From assembly GCF_036321535.1 (NCBI RefSeq), contig NC_087436.1, forward strand, positions 49,974,001-50,038,000: a stretch of DNA of 64,000 bases, written 5' to 3'. The notes below the pieces were generated by a model that saw only the letters and a program-made list of their open reading frames with translations, was not told the origin of the DNA and did not search any database. This DNA is from Camelus dromedarius. Lineage: Eukaryota. How positions within the stretch are numbered: the stretch's first letter is position 1; each line of letters begins with the position of its first letter. Position numbers and translations under genes: made by a program. Positions 11,746 to 25,300 of the stretch are shown here, piece after piece.

Positions 11746-14229
11746 GCAATTTTACAAGGGACAGCTGTCTCTGGTCCCCATAACCTCCGGACTGCATCTC
11801 TGGAGGAGCAGTTGGACACACATCATCTTTGTGGAGCCTGCCATTACTGCTGGCTTTAACTATTCCATTGTTGCACAAATTAACTAGGAAGGACTCATGG
11901 AAACCTAGCTCCCATCCATACAAGGTTCCTCTTCTTACACACGTGGTTTGATACAGGGCACAGGTCTAAATTACTATCCTAACGTAAGTGAAAAACCATG
12001 ATTTTAAATTTAATTTCCAAGAGAAATCATCAATAAAAGTTAACCTTGGATATTGGGGAGAACCAGTACTTAAAAACCAAAATCTGTGCTAAGGCGTTCA
12101 GCCCAGGAGATGGATGCATGTTACTTATGTAGCTTACATATACTTGTGCTGGAGTCCCCAGCCACAGCCTACTCTGCTGACTCCAAGTCATGGTTCAGAA
12201 GGTTTTGGAAACAGAGTCCAAACATGCTTCTTTGGTAAAGGTTTCTTTTTAAAAAATCTGTGTCATATGACTTGGGACAAGCTGATTAAGCAGCCTGTGA
12301 TTTTGCTCAGTTCTTTGTTTGTATAATGTTGCCCCCGTGATAACACTACACTCAATTGTGTTTTTTCCTAAGAACTTGTAAAACCAGTCTGAGATTCAGA
12401 AAGAAAAAAGAGAATTGAAGACAAGGCTTGTAAAGACCTGAAAGAAACAGCAGATGCAAGAAAGAAAAGGGTCTGAAGGAAGCAGTGTGAAAATCAAAGT
12501 ATTTTCCTCCCCAAATTTTGTCTTTTTTCAAATCTGTAATTGTCTTTATGGGCTCAAAGTATTAAGGCTATTTCTGCAGAGGAATTGTTAGTTGGAAATG
12601 AAGTGCCTGGATATAACAAACATTAAAACAAACAAGAATACTACAGTGAAAGACCACCACAAAATGTTAGAGTGAAACTGCTTGTATATTTGGGGCAAAA
12701 AATGAATAATTTAAAATTCTTAGCATTCAAAGCAGTTACCAATATAATGGCTGGAAAATAATGACATACTTGCATTTCTTTTTTAACTTGCAAAACAGCC
12801 AGTATTTAACAACAGAGTGATTTCTGTAATGGGTTAATTTGGAGAATAGAGCAGCAAACTTTGTTCTCATCTCTGGTGTTCAATATGGCAATCGCTATGA
12901 CTAAGTGATTTGTAGTAATTACTTTTTTCTTCGGATTGGCAACAAGTTTTAATAATGTCACAGATTCCACCTGTTGTTTAAGTATCTTATAAACACAGCC
13001 AGAACATCTATAATTAATAACTTTAGTTACAGCATTCCTTAGTTACCCTGTGCTGTCTGCTCATTGCATAGTGATGTTGAAAAAGTACGTTTTAAAGTTA
13101 AAAATTGTATCAACATTATTGATTAATGAGTTCTTTAATAATATATACAGTACAATAACAGCAACAAATAATTTTATCCATATTTAATATGTGAAATGTA
13201 TGCCATTTCCTTGTGGGCTTTTTTTATCCCATCAAAGATATTAATATAATTATAATACAATTAACTAAGATATTACTCTCTGCTGTTTATGATACTAAAA
13301 TTCCCAAGGATTTTATTGGGATTTGTACCCCTAAAAGGGCATTTTATTAGCATTATAGTAACACCATAAGTGATAATTGTCAAACCTCTTCATTTAAAAA
13401 CTTTAGTATATTTGTAGGCAGCATTAGTAATGTGAAATCAATGTTTCTATAAATTGGATATCACCTACTGGGCAGACAAGACTAACATGATCTCCCCGTC
13501 TGTTTTTTAATTATCAATATAGTTCATCCCTTATTCCATTGCTTATATTTATGAGCTGTTCATGAGCCAGGTATAGTGTTCATTAACACTTAGTGCAAAA
13601 TAGCACCTGAGCAATATTTTAAAATCTGTGAATAGAAGAAGGGCCAGGAACCACTGTGTCACATGCACACACAGATACACACACCATCCTGGATGCCTGG
13701 ATGAATGCCACTCTCCATGCTAAGTCATTCAGTGAATCCAGTTATCACTAGGGAAAAAAAAAACAACACTGAAAGTTCTATATTTTTAATTATAGATTTG
13801 GGAGAGTAATTCTCTATTGTTGGGATACCAGAAATATCATATTTAATAAATCAGAATATCATTACACAGATTTTAAATTAACAAAACAATTTGATTTACT
13901 AATTCATTTTCAACTCCATTCCTCTCTTTCTCATTTTCAAATTTTTTAAGATTTAATTTAATTATTTTATTTAATTTGCTTATTAGGATCTTCACAATTG
14001 GAAGGGACAAATTAACAAGAGGTCTCTGTTTCTCTCTTATTTTAAATGCTTAATTAAAGATTTTTTTAAAATATTGACTAAAACCATATTTAGTTTTAAG
14101 TTTATTTTCTCTCATTTCTAACAATATAGATTGAAGAGATTATTATTAAAAATGTTTCCGGAGATTTTCATATGAACTTATATGATTTAGTAGACTATAC
14201 AGAGAGCTTTATAAGAATATAATCTCTCT

Positions 14230-17200
14230 TTTCAAGAAATCTGAAGTGCTAGCAACCCTGAAAAACCCTCCCACTGAAAGAAAACAAGATTCTGTATAAA
14301 ACGCTTTCTAATGCATTTCTGGGGTAATAAAAATTAAAGGAAATCTCCCAGGTTCATGAATAAATGAAAAAAAAACATTTAGTAGGACAAAATTATTTGA
14401 GCTACAGAATGTTTGGAAGCTTTGCACCTTAGACAAACTTGAAAAATAGGCAGACTTGAGACAAACAATTGTATTTGCTTAGCCTTGGTCTTTGGAGCAG
14501 AGTGGGAACTAAAACTCTAACATTAAGTATGGAAGTTGGGAGGAAACTAAAACAATTCCAGATTGATAGCATCCTTTGCCTCTTTGAAAAAACAAGTAAA
14601 AATCATTTTTTGAAGAATGAATATAATATAGCCATAAGATTTTTATCAGTTATGATCAATAAATATATTTATAATCAAGTGTCACAGAAATATATAGTAA
14701 CATTAAAAGATTAGATCCAAGGACTTCAGACACTGTCATTATTAGATAATGTACAAAATAAACGAGCATGTGTGAAATGCCAAGATGAAGTCACAAAATT
14801 TGATTTCTACAACAGTATGAAAAATATGATTATAAAAAGCAATTTTATGAAAGCAGATTGGGGAAAAAACAAAACAGAAATTTAAAATTAAGAATATAAT
14901 CCCTGAATTGTAAATTGACTAAATGTTTTATTATAGAGATTAGAGACAATTGAAGAAAAAATTTGTGAAATGTAAAATATACAGAGAGAAATTCCAAAAT
15001 GAAGCACAATGAAATACAATATGTAAGCATATAAAAGAAAGATTAAGATATTAGGATATAACAGAGGTGGTTAGCATAAATCTAATTAGAGTTAAAGAAG
15101 GAGACTGTAAAAGAAATAAAAGGGAAATAATATTTAGTTATAATTAAGAATGAACCAAAATTTATGAAAAAAAAATCAATTCATAGATGGAGGCAACAAA
15201 ACATATATTAAGACATCAAAAACTAACTCCACCCTTACGAATAGTGCAGTGATACTGTAGAACAAAAAGTACAATAAGACCAAATGATATAAGAAATGAG
15301 AAAAAACTCAAACTAAGGAGAGGAAACTAGGCTGAGAACTGACTGCTCCTGATAAAACTAGAAAACAAAACAAAACAAAAACAAAAGATTAGTATAATAT
15401 CATCATACTCCAGAGACAAAATAGCTTCAACTTAGAAAGGCATACTCAACAAAATGGTATTTCAATAAATAAGAAAAGAAAATATTAAAAAAAATGTTTA
15501 GAGGGTTTACTAACACAGCATTTATACAAGAATATATAAAGAATCCATCAAGAAGAAGGAGGATTCCAGAAGGAGTGTTTGAAAGGAAACAAGGAATGGA
15601 GAATGAAGACATTTATAAACAGACTATTAATCAATCATGCTGTTGTATAAAGAAATAAGTATAAGGTTTTGGTTAAGGGACAGAATTAAAGTCTATACAC
15701 TAATAGTATGAGTTCAAATTGTGATGATTAGAGTTAAGTCAGTGGTAAGGGTACTTAAATTGCTCAGGAGAGAAGTTCAAATATTAATTAAAATAATTTC
15801 AAGGCTAAACTAAAAAACATTTTTGCAGCTAAATCCATATAAAGCTTGAAATTATACACTAAAACTAAAAATATTTTCTAATTTTTTAAATAATTAATGA
15901 AAAATGGAATAATACTAAATACAAAGTTGATCAATCCAAACAGGAAAAAAGAAAAGTATAACAAAGGTGGAACAAATTGGCAGCAAAAGTAATACGGTTT
16001 AAATAAGGAAATATATATCAAATGAAATTAATGTATCTGTAGAACAGTTATATCTGCCTGAAAAATTTTAACTCTATCCTATATTGCAGTATCTAAATCC
16101 CTAATTACTTAAAACCTCAAGGCATGGATTATTGAAATTAAAAATTCAGAAAAACTTATACTGGGCAAATTTTAATAAGAAGAAAAAAGGGATAGCTATC
16201 TTAGCAGCCTAAATTGAATTAAAGGAAAGCATTGTCATACACTGATAACAAGGTTCAAGTCATCATGAATACATGTATCTAATATGTAGTATTTATGTAT
16301 ATGTACATATATTCTAATCTTGTGTGTGCACTAATAAGATTGGCTCATTATGTATAAATCAAATATTAATAGACCTATAAGAACAAATGTACAAATCCAC
16401 CATTATTATGGAAAGTTTACACTCAACTGTCTCCATTAATGTTAGATCAAGATAGAATGGGTCTAAAAAATTAGAACAATGTATTTAATAAACACATTAT
16501 ATAGAACTCCAAGCCCTACAGTTTGAAAGTATAAATTTGATAGAATGGAACATATAGACCATTTGCAAATATTAATCGTATAATAGGCCAAATCATATAA
16601 TAGGCCTCAATAAATTTTAAAGAATTGCTTTCCTATAGACAATGTTGTCTAGCACACTGAAATAAAGTAGAAGTTATTGACAAAAAGCTAAATTAAAATT
16701 CTCTACATTGGTACATTATAAAATGTGACTCAAATAATTAAAAAATAAAAATAAATCACATCCAAGGTTGAAAATAATTAGAACTGAAAAGTAATGAAGG
16801 TTCTTCATATCCAACTTTGGAAAGCAACAAAAATGACAAATTGAAGGAATTTAAATAATTATCTGTTTGTAATAGAATATAAGAAGGACTACAAATTAGT
16901 GAGTGCAAAAACCAAATCAAGATATTAGAACAAAGAAGGGACTATTCCAAAGAAATTAGAAAAATGAGAAAATAAAGCTGAAATTATTGAAATAGTAAAG
17001 AAAAACCATAATAAGTAAAAATGCAAATATATGTTAAGAAAAAGAGAAAGAAGACACAAAACAGAAAGCAGAGATAGAGTAATGATTTCTATAAAAACAA
17101 AGAATGTAAGAGAATAATATGGGAAATTTTGTGCTGCAAATAAATATGAAATCCTAGATAAACTAGACAAAGTCCTAGTAAAATATAACTTATTAAATCT

Positions 17201-18440
17201 CAGTGAGTGAGAAATCAGAAGCTTGAATAGCTCAAGAATCTCCAAGGAATGTTTATCCGTAATAAATTATCTTCCCTCAAAGAAAAACTAATTCTCTACT
17301 GTTTTACAGGAAAATACTATTATACTTTCAAGGAATAAATCATTTTAACTTATAAAAAAACTTCCTAAAAATAAAAAAGAGAAATACTTTTTAACTCATT
17401 TATCTGAACTTTAGTAACAGATTATGTAAAGAATTTTTACAAATCAATAAGAAAAAGATAAACAACCCAATATAAAAATGGCCAAAAATAGGCAATCTAT
17501 GTAAATAATCAATATTTATAATACCTGAATAGTAAATAAAAATATGAAGACATCCTCACCCTCTTTAGTAATCAGAGAATTAGCAATTAATACTACTATG
17601 ATCCACTATGTTATACCCACCAGATTGACACATATTATAATTGACAATACAAGTTTTCATGAGGATTTGAATTAATGAGATTCTTCATATGCTACCAGCA
17701 GGGATGTAAATTAATACAATCCTTTTGGAAAATAATTTGGCATTGTCTCCTTGTTTCATTGAAATATAGTTGATTTACAGTGTTGTGTTGGTTACTTGTG
17801 TACAGCATAATGATTTCATTTTACATATATATTCTTTTTTATATTATTTTTCATTATAGATTATTACACACTATTAAATATAGTTCCTTGTGCTATACAG
17901 TAGGACCTTGTTGTTTATCTATTTTGTATATAGTAGTTTGCATGGTATTGTCTTTTAAGTACAAAAATGCTCATTCCCTACAACTCAGCAATTCCACTTT
18001 GAGATGCATACCACAGAGAATCTTTATGCATGTGCACCACAAGACCTGTACAAGAATGTTCATTGTACTATTCCCCTTAATAGCAAAAACTTAAGACAAC
18101 TCAAACAACTATCAACAGAATGTGTAGATAAAATGTAGAATAATCATACAATGGAATGTTAGATTACAGTGAAAATAAGTGAATTGCAGTTTTATGAAAT
18201 CACATGGATAAATTTTAAAAACCTGCTGAGTGATATATCATCAAATTATTTTTTAAAAGCAAAGAAATGGTAAACACAGATTTCAGGAGGGTGCTTCCAA
18301 TACCAGAAAAGTAGAAGAATAGGATCAAAGAGACACATACCTATTGAGGCCACACTATTGATGATGGTCTATTTCATAAGTGTTCTTTTTATTATGCTTC
18401 ATAACCTGCATTGGGATGTACCAAATGTTCCATAATTAAA
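14230..18440 (+). mobile_element. Highly degenerate ancient L1 (ORF1-like, ORF2 EN and 3' remnants)
   Basis: A-rich L1 sense composition; aaatccaccattattatggaaagttt (IVGDF-like), aataagaaaaagataaacaacccaatataaaaatggcc, cagcaattccactt. Confidence 0.75.
17749..17942 (-). mobile_element. Short 5'-truncated artiodactyl-type L1 3' end nested in old L1
   Basis: ttgaaatatagttgatttaca...gtgctatacagtaggaccttgttgtttatc; 11-bp TSD TGGCATTGTCT (17738-17748) / TGGTATTGTCT (17943-17953). Confidence 0.85.
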
Positions 18441-19699
18441 GTTATTTTAGAGTATTCTTCTAAACTGCTCACAAGGAAAAAAATAAAGTCATCTGATATA
18501 GAATAAATTAACTACTAAATACACATAACACATAAACTGTTATATGTTCCTTCTGAACTGGTGATAAAAATAACCACCAATCTGTATTGTTTCGGGGAGG
18601 AAATTTCATCTGCAAGTACCAATAATAAAATTTTGACTTTGTATTGAGGTAATGACAAGACTTATTACTACTTTAAATGTTTTCCCTGAGATAAACATCT
18701 TGGTAATTCGCACTACCAAATTAATAAGAACACTCAACTTAAGAAAGTAGAAGAATCTTTGTGATACTGTCAAAATAGGATATGTTTTTTCAAGAGTCCC
18801 CTTTCTACCAGTATTTCAGAAGAGCAGAGGGAAGAGGGCTTTCAAATTGGCATGTTTTGGCCTCTAGAATATTATAATTATATTCTGTAAAAATATGTCT
18901 GAAAGCAACTTAATTCTAATTTAGCTGTAAGAAAAAGATAAACATAAATATTGTTTTATTCCAAGCCTATTAGCCTCCATTTGCACAAATGGAAAACTTT
19001 GACCAATATTTAGGTTTAACCTTTATAAGAAGATGAGGCACCATAGACTCCCAAGTGTTTTTAACTTTCTTATTTTTCACTTATAGACTTCCACAGTTCT
19101 GTAGAATAAGTTTCTTTTCAATGTCTTAAAATTCTTATATTCAACAAGGACTCAGTTAAACCTCTGTTGATGCTAATTATGATTTGAATTATGTAAGCTT
19201 AATGCTATAAAACAGTCTTGGGAACACCTAGATGGGGCCACTATTCAATTCCATGATGTCAGCCTGGATTTTGAACCATGGTCCACAATTTAGCAATTGT
19301 GCTCCATCATTTAATAAGAAGCATGATGATGTATCTGATCTCCAGGATGAGTGTATTTTCTAAACATAAAACCCAACAGATACCCAATAATGGGTAAGAT
19401 AGTAAATTTTACCACTTAAATATTAAAAGGAAGAGGAAAAGATAATCAATGGCACTTAAATAAGTGTTGTAACCATTCACACACAAGAAACTAGATGAAA
19501 CTAGATTAAAGCAAGATTTTAGGGAAAAGTCATTACTTCAGTTTGAATAGAAAATTTCTCTAAGACAAACCAGAATATAACAACTGGTACTCAAAAGTGA
19601 ACTCCAAGCTGGAGATAAAACTCCAGCAAGTAAATAACTGAAGCTACAAGTATGAAAGCTTTTCCAGGGAAAAAGTTAAAATTAGAAGAGGTCTGAAGA

Positions 19700-19810
19700 G
19701 AACTGTGATGAGCACGGGTAAAGGCTGGCTCCTTAGTCCCACGACACTGAGAGTTTGATTTAGTAGGTCTGAGCTGCAACACAGAAACTTGTATTTTCAT
19801 CAAATAGATG
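19700..19810. mobile_element. MER5A-like hAT MITE remnant
   Basis: gagtttgatttagtaggtctg...aaacttgtattttc. Confidence 0.45.
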
Positions 19811-20019
19811 TTCGCTGTACTATCCTTAAGGAAGGCTAAATATCAAGGAAAGACTACTCTTTTGCTTCCTTGCATTTTAGTTGTTTGTATACATGTATCA
19901 TGTCTCACTTTATTTCTAAAGTAGAGCTAAACATTTTTATTACATGAATGAAGGAGTCTTGAATGAACATGACACAACAAGGTTTGCAAGTATTTTCAAC
20001 TATAAAAGGAGGAAAAAGA

Positions 20020-20510
20020 AATAGTAGTATATATGGATAATGGAATACTACTCAGCCATGAAAAAGAATAAAATAGTGCTATTTGCAGCAACACTGATGA
20101 ACCTGGAGATTGTCATACTAAGTGAAGCAAGCCAGAAAGAGAAAGAAAAATACCTATGGTGTCACTTACATGTGAAATCTAAAAAAAAAAGGACACAAAT
20201 GAATTTATTTACAAAACAGAAACCGACTCGCAGACATGGAAAATAAACTTAGTGTTACCAAGGAGGAAAGGGGAGGGTGGAGCAATAAACTGGGAGTTCA
20301 GGATTTGCAGATACTAACTATTATATATAAAATAGATAAACAACAGGATCCTACTGTATAGCACAGGGAAACTATATTCAATACCTTGTAATAACCTATA
20401 ATGATAAAGAATATGAAAAGGAATATATGTATACATGTACAACTAAATCACTATGCTGTACACCAGAAATGAACACAGTATTGTAAACCGACTATACTTC
20501 AATAACAGAA
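20020..20510 (+). mobile_element. 5'-truncated L1 (ORF2 C-terminus + 3'UTR)
   Basis: ORF MEYYSAMKKNKIVLFAATLMNLEIVILSE; 3'UTR homologous to the full-length L1 3'UTR. Confidence 0.92.
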
Positions 20511-21269
20511 AATTATACTTAACTATATATTTGAAAATAGCTAATTTTAGTTCAGCATAAATGCTTATAACTACAAAATACAATCTAGCAAAAATACATA
20601 CATTCCATATATAGAAATTATTTCTCAAAGTGATGAGAATCTCTGAATACTGTGGTGAAAAACATGTGCTCAGCTTATGAAGAACAATGTTGTGGTAAAT
20701 TGCAAAATCATTTATCCAGATGAATTACAACAGAATCACTTGACTAGATAATCAACTTATCCACACCTTTGATTTTAGTGGATCTAAATCACTCCAGAAC
20801 AATCTAGTAAAAAGAATTTACTCAAAAAGATAATGCCAAAAATACCTTGTTGAGAGAACACTACTTTACTCTGGTTCAATAAGCCTGAAATTTAAGTATT
20901 TTGAATGTCTTGGTTTTACCAAGACAAATATTTCAATTAATAGAAAATCATGGTATTAGTAAGAGTTTAATCATTTCATATCATTACAAACTTGAATTTT
21001 CTTACTGGAAGAAATGTACGTTCATGATTGTCATTCTTATGCTATCAATAATATGAAAAAAACAGAATGATGCAGTATAGCAGGCACCGAATTCACGGCC
21101 AAGTAATAAAAAGTCATGGTGAGAATAAAGCATTAATAGAGACTAGATGGGATATAGCCAGATTTTTCATTTTCCTAATAAAAAATTCTAAAATCTTGTG
21201 TATTTTAGAAAAGTCCTTGATTGAAGCATTCAGAATTACAAAGGACACTTTTTTTTTTAACCTTGTCCC

Positions 21270-21640
21270 ATAATAAGATAAGGACAAGGAGATACTTGAT
21301 AAAAATAAGGGGCAGTAAATTCAGAACAAATTGAGGTAAATAATGCCTTATAAATGGGTACAGTCAACCTGTGAAATTCATTGACCGAAGAGGTCACTGA
21401 GTCAAATACTATGGTTGAATTTAAAAAACAGCTGGGTAATTTCATGACCACTAATAGCTCTGGGAGCTCTGCTCAGCAAGCAGAGATAATGATAGGGATA
21501 ATCAAATCTCTTATTTCAGGATGTAAGTTACCAACGGGGGGCTGTCCAATTCCATGCCTTGCTTTTGTCCTCTGGACATTTCTCATAAACACCCACCTTC
21601 AGGGAGGTACAACGATGGACACTGGTGGTGTTTTCAGCAC
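21270..21640 (+). mobile_element. CR1/L3-type LINE 3' remnant
   Basis: Translates to RTR...KIRGSKFRTN...VNL*NSLTEEVTESNTMVEFKKQLGNFM, matching the CR1 ORF2 C-terminal pattern, followed by a CR1-like 3'UTR. Confidence 0.6.
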
Positions 21641-21955
21641 TTTTATGCCGAGGTTTATAGATGGCTGTGTGTTCTTTCACCTTCATGTGAAGTATCTGCC
21701 TCTGTTAACACAGCAGCAATGAAAACTGCTTTGGGAAATAGCATGTTCCATAGTCACAGTCAAGATAATCAATGGTCTATGCTTTTAGCAGGTGCCTTAG
21801 AATATTGCTCTCTTGATTCTTGGATTTATCGAACTAAAACAGTTTGAATGTTGGCAATCATCGCATGTTGGGGGACTGAAACTTGTTGGTGCCATTATGT
21901 GTACTATTTTGTAAAGTGGTATTAGTGAAGTTACCATCCCTTCAACATTTCATTC

Positions 21956-21973
21956 TAAATGTGTTGCATTTTT
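21956..21973. repeat. L1 target-site duplication, left copy
   Basis: TAAATGTGTTGCATTTTT, 17/18 identical to 29093-29110. Confidence 0.9.
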
Positions 21974-22305
21974 TTTTCTCTTTTTTTTTTCAACATCCTT
22001 CACTGATTTATAATCATACCACAATGCTGTGTCAAACTCCAGCGTTCAGCACAATTTTTCAGTTATTCATGGACATATACACACTCATTGTCACATTTTT
22101 TTCTCCGTGAGTTATCATAACATTTTGTGTATATTTCCCTGTGCTATACAGTGTAGTCTATTCTACAATTTTGAAATCCCAGTCTATCCCTTCCCACCCT
22201 CCACCCCCCTGGTAACCACAAGTCTGTATTCTCTGTCTGTGAGTCTATTTCTGTCCTTTATTTACGCTTTGTTTTTGTTTGTTTCTTTGTTTTTGTTTTT
22301 GTTTT

Positions 22306-25300
22306 TTAGATTCCACATATGAGTGATCTCATATGGTATTTTTCTTTCTCTTTCTGGCTTACTTCACTTAGAATGACATTCTCCAGGAGCATCCATGTTG
22401 CTGCAAATGGCATTATGTTGTCGGTTTTTATGGCTGAGTAGTATTCCATTGTATAAATATACCACCTCTTCTTTATCCAGTCACCTGTTGATGGACATTT
22501 AGGCTGTTTCCATGTTTTGGCTATTGTAAATAGTGCTGCTATGAACATTGGGGTGCAGGTGTCATCCTGAAGTAGATTTCCTTCTGGATACAAGCCCGGG
22601 AATGGGATTCCTGGGTCATATGGTAAGTCTATTCCTAGTTTTTGAGGAATCTCCACACTGTTTTCCATAGTGGCTGCACCAAACTGCATTCCCACCAGCA
22701 GTGTAGGAGGGTTCCCCTTTCTCCACAGCCTCTCCAGCATTTGTCATTTGTGGATTTTTGAATGACGGCCATTCTGACTGGTGTGAGGTGATACCTCATT
22801 GTAGTTTTGATTTGCATTTCTCTGATAATTAATGATATTGAGCATTTTTTCATGTGCTTTTTGATCATTGGTATGTCTTCCTTGGAGAATTGCTTGTTTA
22901 GGTCTTCTGCCCATTTTTGGATTGGGTTGTTTATTTTTTTCTTATTGAGTCGTATGAGCTGCTTATATATTCTGGAGATCAAGCCTTTGTCGGCTTCACT
23001 TGCAAAAATTTTCTCCCATTCCGTAGGTTGTCTTCTTGTTTTATTTCTGGTTTCCTTTGCTGTGCAGAAGCTTGTAAGTTTCATTAGGTCCCATTTGTTT
23101 ATTCTTGCTTTTATTTCTTCTAGGAGAAAATTTTTGAAATGTATGTCAGATAATGTTTTGCCTATGTTTTCCTCTAGGAGGTTTATTGTATCTTGTCTTA
23201 TGTTTGAGTCTTTAATCCATTTTGAGTTGATTTTTGTATATGGTGTAAGGGAGTGTTCTAGCTTCATTGTTTTACATGCTGCTGTCCAGTTTTCCCAACA
23301 CCATTTGCTGAAGAGACTGTCTTTATTCCAATGTATATTCTTGCCTCCTTTGTCGAAGGTGAGTTGACCAAAAGTTTGTGGGTTCATTTCTGGGCTCTCT
23401 ATTCTGTTCCATTGGTCTATATGTCTGTTTTGGTACCAATATCATGCTGTCTTGATGACTGTAGCTCTATAGTATTGTCTGAAGTCTGGGAGAGTTATTC
23501 CTCCAGCCTCTTTCTTTCTCTTCAGTAATGCTTTGGCAATTCTAGGTCTTTGATGGTTCCATATGAATTTTATTATGATTTTTTCTAGTTCTGTGAAATA
23601 TGTCCTGGGTAATTGGATAGGGATTGCATTAAATCTGTAGATTGCCTTGGGCAGTGTGACCATTTTAACAATATTGACTCTTCCAATCCAAGAGCATGTA
23701 ATACCTTTCCATTTTTTAAAGTCTTCTTTAATTTCCTTCATCAATGGTTTATAGTTTTCTGTGTATAATTCTTTCACCTCATTGGTTAGATTTATTCCCA
23801 GATATTTTATTACTTTGGGTGCTATTTTAAAGGGGATTGTTTCTTTACTTTCTTCTTCTGTTGATTTATTGTTAGTGTAAAGAAATGCAACTGATTTTTG
23901 AACGTTAATTTTGTAACCTGCTACCTTGCTGAATTCTTCAATCAGCTCTAGTAGCTTTTGTGTGGACCTTTTAGGGTTTTCTATATATAGTAACATGTCA
24001 TCAGCATATAATGACACTTTTACCTCTTCTTTTCCAATTTGGATCCCTTTTATTTCTTTCTCTTGCTGACTGCTGTGGCTAGGACTTCCAGGACTATGTT
24101 GAATAGGAGTGGTGATAGTGGGCAACCTTGTCTTGTCCCAGATTTTAGTGGGAAGCTTTTGAGTTTTTCACCGTTGAGTACTATGCTGGCTGTAGGTTTG
24201 TCATATATAGCTTTTATTATGTTGAGATATGTTCCCTCTATACCCACTTTGGCGAGAGTTTTTATCATAAATGGGTGTTGAATTTTATCAAATGCTTTTT
24301 CTGCATCGATTGAGATGATCATGTGGTTTTTGTCCTTTCTCTTGTTGATGTGATGTATTACACTGATTGATTTGTGTATGTTGAACCAGCCTTGTGTCCC
24401 TGGGATGAACCCCAGTTGGTCATGATGTATAATCTTTTTTATGTGTTGTTGGATTCTATTTGCTAAAATTTTGGTGAGGATTTTGGCGTCTATGTTCATC
24501 AGTGATATTGGCCTATAATTCTCTTTTTTTGTAGTGTCTTTCCCTGGTTTTGGTATCAGGGTGATGGTGGCTTCATAGAATGAGTTTGGGAGTATTCCCT
24601 CCTTTTCAATCGTCTGGAAGAGTTTGAGAAGGACTGGTATGAGTTCTTCTTTGTATGTTTGGTAGAATTCCCCGGTGAAGCCGTCCGGTCCTGGACTTTT
24701 ATTTGTACGGAGGTTTTTAATTGCTATTTCTATTTCCTTTCTAGTGATCGGATTGTTCAAGTGTTCAGATTCTTCTTGATTCAGTTTTGGTGGACAGTAT
24801 GTTTCCAGAAACTTGTACATCTCCTCTAGGTTATCCAGTTTGGTTCCATATAGTTTTTCATAATATTCTCGTATGATATTATGTATTTCTATTTTGTTTG
24901 TTGTAATTTCTCCATTTTCCTTTCTTATTTTGCTAATTTGTGCTCTCTCTTTTTTCTTCTTTGTGAGTTTGGCCAGAGGTTTGTCGATTTTATTTACTTT
25001 TTCAAAAAACCAGCTTTTGGTTTGGTTGATTTTTTCTATGGTCTTGTTAATCTCTATTGTATTTAATTCCTCTCTGATCTTTATTATTTCCTTCCTTCTG
25101 CTGCTTTTTGGGGCTTTTTGTTCTTCTTTTTCTAATTCATTCAGGTGGTGGGTTAGATTGTTTATTTGAGATTGTTCTTCTTTTTTGAGGAAGGCCTGTA
25201 TCACTATAAACTTCCCTCTTAGCACTGCCTTTGCTGTGTCCCATAGGTTTTGAGTGGTTGTGCTTTCATTATCATTTGTCTCAAGGTATTTTTTTAATTT

